From NCBI GenBank assembly GCA_965197825.1, contig CBDANW010000003.1, forward strand, positions 2,121,566-2,185,565: a stretch of 64,000 nucleotides of DNA. The letters run 5' to 3'. The position numbers were made by a program, and so were the translations under genes. The first letter of the stretch is position 1, and the number at the start of each line of letters is the position of its first letter. The DNA comes from Candidatus Marinacidobacterales bacterium (GTDB lineage Bacteria > Acidobacteriota > Vicinamibacteria > Marinacidobacterales > DATDRI01). The notes below the pieces were generated by a model. That model was given only the letters and a program-made list of their open reading frames with translations. It did no database searches and was not told the origin of the DNA. Shown piece by piece: positions 56,335-64,000 of this stretch.

Positions 56335-57096
56335 ATGAGCGCGTTCCCGGAGATCCGAGTCGTCGGAATCACCGGTCTTCCCGAAGTGACTCCCGGCAGC
56401 GATCTGATCGGCTTGATCCTGGAAGGCGTAGACCGCCAAGATCTCCGCCTCCGTGATCGAGACATCCTGGTGATCACGCAAAAGGTCGTCTCGAAATCGG
56501 AAGGTCGCCTCGTCCGATTGTCCGAAGTCAAACCTTCGTCGTTGGCCGAAGCCTTTGCCGAGGATGGAAATCGGGATCCTCGTTCCGTCGAGGTCGTCCT
56601 GGGCGAGGCCCGTCGTATCGTCAAGATGGATCGCGGCATTCTCATTACCGAAACCGCTCAAGGAATGGTTTGCGCCCACGCCGGCGTCGACGCGTCCAAC
56701 GTTCCCGATCTGGACGAGGTGGCTCTTCTTCCCGCCGATCCCGATCGCTCGGCGGCCGCTTTGCGATCTTCGATTCGCGAGCGAATCGGCGCGGACGTTG
56801 CGATCATCATCTCCGACACGTTCGGACGGCCCTGGCGTGAAGGACTCGTAAACGTCGCCATCGGAGTCGACGGACTATCACCCCTCGTGGACTATCGAGG
56901 CCAGAAGGACCCTCAAGGCCGTCCCCTCCTCGCCACGGTGATCGCAGTAGCCGACGAGCTGGCATCCGCGGCAGAGTTGGTCATGGGGAAGCTGGATCGA
57001 ATCCCCGCGGCGTTGATTCGCGGCTATGTGTATGAACCCGGTGACGGCAAGGGTGTGGATCTGGTCAGACCGGCCGACAAAGACCTCTTTCGATGA
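56335..57096 (+). CDS. cofE: Coenzyme F420-0:L-glutamate ligase (CofE/FbiB N-domain)
   Basis: DRDILVITQKVVSKSEGRLVRL...HAGVDASNV...ISDTFGRPWREGLVNVAIGV matches the conserved CofE motifs. Confidence 0.8.
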   Translation: MSAFPEIRVVGITGLPEVTPGSDLIGLILEGVDRQDLRLRDRDILVITQKVVSKSEGRLVRLSEVKPSSLAEAFAEDGNRDPRSVEVVLGEARRIVKMDRGILITETAQGMVCAHAGVDASNVPDLDEVALLPADPDRSAAALRSSIRERIGADVAIIISDTFGRPWREGLVNVAIGVDGLSPLVDYRGQKDPQGRPLLATVIAVADELASAAELVMGKLDRIPAALIRGYVYEPGDGKGVDLVRPADKDLFR

Positions 57097-57116
57097 GATG
57101 AAATAGAGGAGCTGCT

Positions 57117-57758
57117 TTGAAGATCGCGATACTCGGTGGGACAGGCAAAGAGGGGCAGGGGCTGGCGCTTCGTTGGGCCAAAGGCGGTGCCGAGGTTCTG
57201 ATCGGCTCGAGGGAGCGTAGCAAAGCGGAGCGCATCGCTTCGGAGCTCGGAGAACGCCTCGGACAACCGTCTGTCCAGGCGTGTCGGGGATTCGACAACC
57301 GCGAAGCCGCCGGTAACGCCGCAATCGTCGTATCCACACTGCCCCACCAGGGTCATCGGGAGATTCTCGAGAACATCCGACAAGAGCTTCAGGACAAGCT
57401 TCTTATGGTGGCCACGGTCATTTGGCCCCCCGGTTCCATGGACCGGCCATCGGCAGCCGAGGAGGCGCAAACCGTCTTGGGCGATGGCGTCCGTGTCGTG
57501 GCCGCGTTTCAAACCGTTTCCGCCCTGGCACTCCAAGCCATCGACGAAGAGATGGAAGAAGACGTTCTCGTTTGCGGGGACGATGCGGCAGCTTGCCAGG
57601 AAGCCATCGACTGCATGCGTCAGGGCGGCCTGCGAGGCATCAGGTCGGGTCCGCTGAAACACGCTCGCATCGTCGAAGCCATCACTGCCCTGATGCTTAA
57701 GATCAACAAGGGCTACGGTGTGAAGTCCGCCGGGATCCATGTCACCGGTCTGGACTAA
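57117..57758 (+). CDS. npdG: NADPH-dependent F420 reductase (NpdG family)
   Basis: MKIAILGGTGKEGQGLALRWAKGGAEVLIGSRERSKAE... (Rossmann F420_oxidored fold), 213 aa. Confidence 0.75.
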   Translation: MKIAILGGTGKEGQGLALRWAKGGAEVLIGSRERSKAERIASELGERLGQPSVQACRGFDNREAAGNAAIVVSTLPHQGHREILENIRQELQDKLLMVATVIWPPGSMDRPSAAEEAQTVLGDGVRVVAAFQTVSALALQAIDEEMEEDVLVCGDDAAACQEAIDCMRQGGLRGIRSGPLKHARIVEAITALMLKINKGYGVKSAGIHVTGLD

Positions 57759-57782
57759 CAACCCTCCAAAACGGTGAACTCT

Positions 57783-58713
57783 TGGAGCCGAACTTCGAGC
57801 CAGACTTCGCGTTAATCCGGGAAGTGCGGCCAACGCGTCGAAACCAGAGCGCGCCGCACCCCTCTCGATCCTTCGCCCGAGCTGTCCGCAATGTCGGGAC
57901 GCGAAGTTTTCGTGAAGTGTGAGAACCTCCAACGCACTGGATCTTTCAAGATCCGAGGCGCGACGGCGAAGATGACCTTGCTCAGCAAGGACGAGATGCG
58001 CCGCGGTGTCGTCGCGGCTTCCGCGGGCAATCACGGGCAGGGTGTTGCCTGGATCGCACGCGAGATGGGAATCGAAGCCACCGTCTACGTGCTCTCGGTC
58101 ATCCCGAGCACGAAACGGGAAGCGATCGAGCGTTTCGGCGCCAAGGTCATTGTCGGTCGGCACGAAGCCTACGATGCCGCGGAGGCGAAGGCTCTGGAGG
58201 CTTGCGAGAGAGAAGGCAAGGCCTGGATCTCTCCGTACGATGCCCCCCCTGGTCATGGCCGGGGCGGGTACGACCGGATGCGAAATCTTCGAGGAGCTCG
58301 ATGACCTCGACGCGTTGCTGATCCCAGTTGGTGGAGGAGGGCTCGCAGTAGGCGTGTCCATCGCGGCCAGAGCCATGTCGCCTTCGACGCGGATCGTGGG
58401 GGTCAACACGTCTGCCTCCCCGGCCTTCCACCTGTCCCGCCTAGACGGAAAGGCTCGGCTCACACTCGAGTCGAAACCAACCTTAGCGGAAGGGCTGGAA
58501 GGTGGGATCTCGCAGAGGGTTTTCGAGCTCGCGGACAAGTATATCGATGACGTGATTGTCGCCATCGAGGGTTCTGCGGCCGTGGTCGTGGCGGCTCTAC
58601 TGGACGGTCTCGTCGACCCGAAACTGAGACGTGTGGGACTGCTGTTCACCGGTGGGAACATCGACTACGCCCGGCTGAGAAAGATTATCCAAACACAGAG
58701 CTTGACGTCCTGA
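57783..58713 (+). pseudogene. Threonine/serine dehydratase-like PLP enzyme with two or more frameshifts (near 57840 and at the C7 run about 58245)
   Basis: ...TPLDPSPELSAMSGREVFVKCENLQRTGSFKIRGA (PLP-Lys motif). The C-terminal part continues in another frame: ...LIPVGGGGLAVGVSIAAR...GLLFTGGNIDY. The N-terminal ...ALIREVRP lies in a third frame. Confidence 0.55.
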
Positions 58714-58725
58714 ACGCGACGACGT

Positions 58726-59166
58726 TCAGGAGACGTGCGGACCGGGCCGGTAGGCAGGCTCCTCGACGTTTCGCATATCGTCGGGCTGGAGCGGGTTCTG
58801 GCGCGCGCCGTACCCAAGCAGGTCGACGGCGAGGGTCATCATCACCACTCGCTGGATGAGCTTTTTCTCCGCTTGATCCTGACCCACGAAAACCAAGCCC
58901 AAGCCGGCGGGGATCACCTTGTGGTGTCCCTGGATTTCGGCACTGCGACGGGCTACCACCGCTTGGAGCGGCTGCGTCTTGGGATCGCCGGGGATGTCGA
59001 GCTCGAGATGAACCTTTTCGCCCTTCTCCAACGCCAGATCCGTGGCCACGAAGGCGCCGGCATTGTTTAAATCGACCAGCTGGCCTTCTGATAGTTTTCC
59101 CGAGGCGAGAATGTGAACCTTGATCTCCCCTTCAGTTCGTACCCGAGGCTGTCGTCGACGATCCAT
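58726..59166 (-). CDS. PilZ-domain protein (c-di-GMP receptor family)
   Basis: MDRRRQPRVRTEGEIKVHI...LVDLNNAGAFVATD has the RxxxR and DxSxGG-like PilZ motifs. SD ggagaggag before the ATG at 59164-59166. Confidence 0.6.
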   Translation of the reverse strand: MDRRRQPRVRTEGEIKVHILASGKLSEGQLVDLNNAGAFVATDLALEKGEKVHLELDIPGDPKTQPLQAVVARRSAEIQGHHKVIPAGLGLVFVGQDQAEKKLIQRVVMMTLAVDLLGYGARQNPLQPDDMRNVEEPAYRPGPHVS

Positions 59167-59674
59167 GGGAATCTCCTCTCCCCCTGACCTTGCTCTCTTC
59201 TCTCTTGTGCAAAACTCGTTCCGTCGCGAACCAGTGGGCCAACCTCCCAAGTGACTGATAAGACTACGGTTAACATTTTGACCGGTGGCGCACGCTGTGG
59301 GATCTACACCGCAGTCCGAGTGAAAAACACACAGGGGCCGGGGGCTTCGAAACCGCGAGGAGCCCGGATGGGGAGGCTCAGAAAGGAAAGAGCGAGTCAG
59401 TACGGGGATGTCCTAGGTTGGCAGTGCAGTAGCATGCGGGCGGGGGCTGACATCCCAGTGCCTACCCATGCGGACATAGACGTCTCGAACGGGGGGGCGG
59501 GAGAAGAGCGGGAGTTGTTCCGGGCGCGTCACCAACGCCGTGCCGCTCCAAGCAGCGCTCGAAACGAGCCGTTCTGGACAGGAGTGCATCAAGGTCGGCT
59601 CCCACCTGCTGTTCCTCGAAGAAGTTGTCGAGCGTGACATGAGCAACCTGCTGCGTTTCGCGTTTCATCGTGTG

Positions 59675-59995
59675 CTAGTGCACCTGCTTCTTTCCCCAGC
59701 CGACGTTGGAGTATGCGTCCTGAAAGATGCGCATGTTCTCCTGTAGCGCGGCCATCAGAGCGGGTATGAGCTGAACGGGAACCACGACCTTGACTCTGAC
59801 CGGGGCTTGGACGACCTGCGTCGAGCCGTCTTGTGCTTTTTTGACCTCGCGCTCGGAGATCGGAATCATCTCGCAGAACGTCAGCGTGAAGTCGAACGGC
59901 GTGTGGGCAATCGCACAGAAATTCGCATAGACCCGCTCGGTCGCCTCGACCTCACTGGGAACGACGGTAAAGTTGATCGACTTTTTTTGCTCCAT
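59675..59995 (-). CDS. DUF3467-domain protein
   Basis: VYANFCAIAHTPFDFTLTFCEMIP matches the DUF3467 core. Confidence 0.5.
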   Translation of the reverse strand: MEQKKSINFTVVPSEVEATERVYANFCAIAHTPFDFTLTFCEMIPISEREVKKAQDGSTQVVQAPVRVKVVVPVQLIPALMAALQENMRIFQDAYSNVGWGKKQVH

Positions 59996-60063
59996 GACTC
60001 GGTCCTCTCTTCCCTTTCAGGGCTTTCAGGATTGTCAGTACTGACAGGGTTGAGCCTCGGGCG

Positions 60064-60666
60064 TCAGTACTTCCGCATGAGGCCAATGACCACACCCTGG
60101 ATCTTCACGTCTTCTTCTTTGGCCAAGATGGGTTTCATAGTCGGGTGAGCGGGCTGCAGCCGGATCTGTCCTTTTTCCCGGTAGTACTTCTTCAAGGTGG
60201 CGTTCTCCCCTTGAAGGAGCGCGACGACCATCTCTCCGTTACGCGCTGAGGCCCGGTTCTCCACGATGACGTAGTCGCCGTCGCGCACCTGGTCCTCGAC
60301 CATCGACTCCCCCTTGACCCGGAGGACGCAGACGTCTCGACGCCCAATCATGTCTTCTGGTACGGCTACCACCTCGTTGGTACGGATGGCCTCGATCGGC
60401 TGTCCGGCGGAGATCAGGCCGATGAGGGGCACGTCCCGAGCTTCCGGTCTCGATTCCGTGGGAACGACCTCGATGGCCCGGGCGCGGTTCCAGTGACGAT
60501 GGATGAGTCCCTTCTCCTCTAGGTGGACGAGGTGCTTGTGAATCGTGGATATGGAGTTGAGCTTGAAGTGCTGGCTGATTTCAACGAGGCTCGGAGCATA
60601 GCCGTTTTTTCGAATGGACTCGCCGATATAGTCCAAGATCTGTTTCTGGCGTTTCGTAAGGATCAT
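60064..60666 (-). CDS. lexA: LexA repressor
   Basis: MILTKRQKQILDYIGESIRKNGYAPSLVEISQHF (wHTH) and ...LRVKGESMVEDQVRDGDYVIVE...VALLQGENATLKKYY...IQGVVIGLMRKY (S24 peptidase Ser/Lys dyad). ATG at 60664-60666. Confidence 0.85.
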   Translation of the reverse strand: MILTKRQKQILDYIGESIRKNGYAPSLVEISQHFKLNSISTIHKHLVHLEEKGLIHRHWNRARAIEVVPTESRPEARDVPLIGLISAGQPIEAIRTNEVVAVPEDMIGRRDVCVLRVKGESMVEDQVRDGDYVIVENRASARNGEMVVALLQGENATLKKYYREKGQIRLQPAHPTMKPILAKEEDVKIQGVVIGLMRKY

Positions 60667-60786
60667 GGCAATGCCTCCCGCTTGATCCATATTTAACGAA
60701 AGAAAAGAGAAATAGCAAGGGAAATTTAGAGAAATTTTCCATGCTATAAATAGACTGATCGAGAAAGGCAACGGAAGGAGGCGCGA

Positions 60787-61149
60787 ATGGCCAAGGATCT
60801 AGCGAAAATGGAGTGCGTGCCCTGCAAAGGAGGCGTCCCTCCCCTGAAGGGGAGCGAACTAGCAGAGTTGGAGCAAAGACTGGAAGGCTCCTGGCGGACC
60901 GTCGACCAGCACCATCTGGAAAAAGAGTTTACTTTCAAGGACTTCCGCGAGGCGCTCGCGTTTACAAACGAGGTCGGCGAGCTGGCGGAATCCCAGGGGC
61001 ACCACCCCGATATCTATCTGGCCTGGGGAAGGGTGAAGCTCACCATTTGGACGCACAAGATCGATGGTTTAACCGAGAGTGATTTCGTCCTGGCGGCGAA
61101 GGTGGATGCGCTACCGGGTGTGGGGGGTGTCAGGACTCGACCACGGTGA
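60787..61149 (+). CDS. phhB: Pterin-4a-carbinolamine dehydratase (PCD/DCoH)
   Basis: ...FTFKDFREALAFTNEVGELAESQGHHPDIYLAWGRVKLTIWTHKIDGLTESDFVLAAKVDAL. Confidence 0.8.
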   Translation: MAKDLAKMECVPCKGGVPPLKGSELAELEQRLEGSWRTVDQHHLEKEFTFKDFREALAFTNEVGELAESQGHHPDIYLAWGRVKLTIWTHKIDGLTESDFVLAAKVDALPGVGGVRTRPR

Positions 61150-61921
61150 GGAGAACGCTTTGCATCAACCGGAGCCGAGCGTTCTCGATGGCGATCGAGG
61201 CGTGCTGAGCGAAAATGGTGGCCATGCGCATGTGGTAGTCCGTGAATTGCAGCTCGGGATCGTCCGTCACGATCCCGACGTTGAGAACGCCTAGGAGACT
61301 ATCGCGTAGCTGAAGCAGAACGGAGAGCGAAAACCGTACAGACTCATCGTGTGCGGTGAGGCTCACGAAACGGCCGTCGTCTGCCGCGGGGCCGTTCAAC
61401 AACACGGACTCTCGGTTTGCGGCCACCCAACCTGCTACGCCATCTCCCAACCGTTGCTTCGTTAGGGCCACGATATCCTCGCCGATGCCCTCAGCGGCGA
61501 CCATCACGAGGTGCTCTTCCTCTTCGTCCACCAGCATCAAGGAACCTCGGTTTCCCCCGACCAGCTCCAACCCCGCGGTGAGGACCGCCGCAAAGGTCCT
61601 TTCCGGCACGGCGCCCGCGTTGACCGCGCTGATCGCGCGATACAACCCGGAGAGCTCCTTGAGGCGGGTTTCCAGATCGGCCGACTTGTCCTGCTCTTGC
61701 GAAAGCTCTCGCCTGAGGTCCATCTGTCGCCGTCTGAGCCGCCGTTCCTTACTCACTGCGTAGAGACAGGCGGAGAGGGAAACGATGACCAGCAAGGGAA
61801 TAGTGCCGCCCTGACCCTGCTGGAATGAGAGGAAGCCGATCACCGCCAGGAGCACGAGCAGAAGCCAGAGAACGAAGTGAAAGATCTCGGTCCTCTGCTT
61901 GTCGAGCCGCTTGACGTCCAT
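61130..61921 (-). CDS. Membrane-anchored GAF-domain protein (2 TM, a coiled-coil linker, then GAF)
   Basis: TM segments FHFVLWLLLVLLAVIGFLSF and LLVIVSLSACLYAV. GAF-like ...GGNRGSLMLVDEEEEHLVMVAAEGIG...VAGWVAANRESVLLNG. ATG at 61919-61921. Confidence 0.5.
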   Translation of the reverse strand: MDVKRLDKQRTEIFHFVLWLLLVLLAVIGFLSFQQGQGGTIPLLVIVSLSACLYAVSKERRLRRRQMDLRRELSQEQDKSADLETRLKELSGLYRAISAVNAGAVPERTFAAVLTAGLELVGGNRGSLMLVDEEEEHLVMVAAEGIGEDIVALTKQRLGDGVAGWVAANRESVLLNGPAADDGRFVSLTAHDESVRFSLSVLLQLRDSLLGVLNVGIVTDDPELQFTDYHMRMATIFAQHASIAIENARLRLMQSVLLTVVES

Positions 61922-62019
61922 ACACGAGCCCCCTGGCAGCGTTTTCCTATGTGCTATTCGGTTTTATGGCTTGCCTTTAGGGTACAAGATCCGGGGGTTT
62001 CCCACAACTGCAGCTCCGG

Positions 62020-62447
62020 GGGGGGGGATGTCCCGGCCGCTGTTGAATTTGGTCGGGTAGCGGCGGCACCTGTGAATACTCTTAGGCAGCAAACTCATCG
62101 CTGTCAAGAGATTTCTGTTTGCTTCTAAGCGCGTGAACGAGAGCGCCCATATGGCGATAGCCTTTGATACGCCGGAACTTTTTCTGCGCGGTGACGACGC
62201 CAAGAGCGGTCCATCGGCGAACCATGGAAGGACTCTTCCAACGCTTGACGTTTCTCGATACTCTGCGAATGGTTCCGTTGAGATTCTCAATGGCGTTCGT
62301 CGTGGCAAGAGACTGGCGAAGTAAGGCGGGCAGCGCGAGCTTCACGACCGTGAGTGTCTCTTCCATCCCTTCACGAAGGCTTCCGGCAGCTTCGTCGTAG
62401 CCGTTTCGCTCGAGCCACGACACCAATGCCTGAAGTCGCTTGCGCGC
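62020..62447 (-). pseudogene. Second copy of the IS256-like (second-family) transposase 3' fragment
   Basis: Near-identical to 33540-33990. ...RLQALVSWLERNGYDEAAGSLREGMEETLTVVKLALPALLRQSLATTNAIENLNGTIRRVSRNVKRW. Confidence 0.5.
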
Positions 62448-62459
62448 CTCCGTCAACAA

Positions 62460-63920
62460 CGAGCGACCCCCGGGCAGACTACTTCTCGCATCCCGTCATG
62501 TCACGCACCGTTGCCGAAAGGACACCTCAAGCTCCCGTGCCGTTTTCAGCTTTGCCCACCCGAGGAAGGGCATCACTGCCAGCGAAACCGCGGTCAAGAC
62601 GATTCCGACCGTGCTCTCTTGGGCGGGCTCGCCGAATCCGAGAAGGCGGCGTCCTGCTCTGACCTTGCCCAGGAAAAGTGGACAGGTTGATTGTCTCGCA
62701 TGAGCCGTTTTGAGGTCATGAATCCGTTCGAACACCATTGGGCTGTTGTAATCGAGTGACGAGTGGAGTCGATACGGATTGTAGAACCCCTCGATGTAGC
62801 TCGCGACCGCGTCTTTGGCCATACGTCGTGTTGGCCAACTACACCGGTGGAGGAGCTCGGGCTTGAGCGTGCCTAAGAAGCTCTCGGTCACGGCGTTGTC
62901 CCAGCAATCACCCTTGCGGCTCATCGAGCACACGATGCCGTACTCATCGAGCACGGCCTGGTAGGTCGCAGCCGCGTATTGAGTACCACGGTCTGAATGA
63001 TGCACCAAGCCACTTTCCGGCAGGCGGCGCCCCAAGGCCATGTGAAGCGCCTCGAGAGCAAGCTCCGCGCGCAGGTGGGGCTGCATCGCCCAGCCTACGA
63101 CACGACGCGAGAACAGATCGAGGATGACCGCCAAGTAGAGCCAGCCTTCCCAAGTCCGGATGTAGGTTATGTCCGTCACCCAGAACTGGTTCGGTCGTTC
63201 GGCTTCGAAGTTCCGGCCGAGCACGTTGGGTGCGATGGGGCGATCGTGCTTGCTGTCGGTCGTGCGGCGAAAACGCTTGCTGGGCAGACCCTGCAGGCCC
63301 ATCTCACGCATCAGCCGTGCCACTCGCTGCTTGCCTACCTCGACGTTCTCCCCGTCAAGCTGGCGACGTACACGCTCCCTGCCGTAGGTACCACGGCTAT
63401 GGGCGTGGATCGCTTGGATGCGCAGCTTCAGCTTCCCATCCTCACACTGTCGCTTGCTGGGCGCGCGCTTCATCTGAGCGTAGTAGCCGCTGGTCGATAC
63501 CCTCAGAACTCGGCACATCACCCGCACCGGGTAGTTGGCCCGCTCCGCGTGAATGAATTTGAATCTCATTCGCTTTCCTTCGCGAAGAAGGCCGCCGCCT
63601 TTTTTAATATTTCTCGCTCTTGCTCCAACGTACGCACTCGACGCCGTAGCGAACGGAGCTCATCACGTTCCGCCGTCGTCAGAGCCTCGCGTGGACCTTC
63701 ACCGTGATCAACTTTGTATTGTTTCACCCAGTTTCGAAGGGCCGATTCCGTCAGGTCCAGTTCCTTAGCGACCTGACCGATGCTGCGCTCGCCCTCCCTG
63801 AACAGCCGGACCGCTTCCTTCTTGAACTCCCCCGTGAACTTCCTGCGTCGTCGTTCTCCCATGGACGCCTCCAGGCGCATTGTCGCGCCTCGGTTGATGT
63901 CCACAAAACCCGGGCAGGGT
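62460..63920 (-). mobile_element. IS3-family element number 2, a different member from the one at 21058; the ends are approximate
   Basis: orfA 63566..63904 (MDINRGATMRLEASMGERRRRKFTGEFKKEAVRLFREGERSIGQVAKELDLTESALRNWVKQY). orfB 62496..63600 (rve: ...HSDRGTQYAAATYQAVLDEYGIVCSMSRKGDCWDNAVTESF...FYNPYRLHSSLDYNSPMVFE). An A6G slippery site on the minus strand at 63597-63606. The right terminus is shared with the fragment at 1884-1968. Confidence 0.7.
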
Positions 63921-64000
63921 CACTCCAACGAAAATGAAGATGGACAGGGCGATCAGCAACGCTCCGGCAACTAGTGAAGCGCGGCGCTCGAGTTGCTCCG

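Noticed and set aside
60667-60786. A LexA (SOS) operator in the lexA/phhB divergent intergenic region
   Set aside because: No convincing CTGT-N8-ACAG, GAAC-N4-GTTC or GTTC-N7-GTTC palindrome was found by eye, and the phylum-specific motif is unknown. It is left uncalled.
1-64000. rRNA, tRNA and tmRNA genes
   Set aside because: No 16S/23S/5S-like conserved stretches and no tRNA T-arm/anticodon patterns were noticed on either strand. Absence is by inspection only and should be confirmed with tRNAscan-SE/barrnap.

Overview
This 64-kb window is a high-GC (~62-65%) bacterial accessory region, probably from a Gram-negative organism (it has an outer-membrane beta-barrel protein ending in Phe and lipoproteins). 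It is saturated with mobile DNA. There are three near-identical IS256-family copies (about 1.4 kb each, two with clean target-site duplications), two IS3-family elements (one with a 5-bp TSD inside a low-GC gene), an intact IS5-family element plus a decayed copy, IS481-family elements, and fragments of IS1, IS1595 and a second IS256-like family. At least four MITE/repeat families (A/Y, B, C, D) are present in more than 25 copies or fragments. Between these elements lie the remnants of a defence island: a complete McrBC in which McrB appears to carry two EVE-like domains; a HigB/HigA toxin-antitoxin pair; a DUF4145/zinc-ribbon protein next to an Mrr-cat nuclease; an AlbA_2/Schlafen-domain protein bracketed by MITEs; two paralogous PD-(D/E)xK nuclease proteins, one directly downstream of a ParB-domain::DNA-methyltransferase fusion; a PglX/MmeI-like N6-adenine methyltransferase destroyed by IS256 and IS5; the N-terminal stump of an SNF2-like helicase; two tandem terminase-small-subunit-like genes beside an AT-rich iteron-like region; and a truncated large serine recombinase. 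Housekeeping content includes PPK2 and PPK1 polyphosphate kinases, a 1-Cys peroxiredoxin, a DUF5916 outer-membrane protein, F420 genes (CofE and NADPH-F420 reductase) with a SagB-type dehydrogenase, a PilZ protein, LexA, pterin-4a-carbinolamine dehydratase and a GAF membrane protein. Many genes are frameshifted or truncated. No rRNA, tRNA or CRISPR array was recognised. All calls rest on motif recognition by eye; no database search was run.
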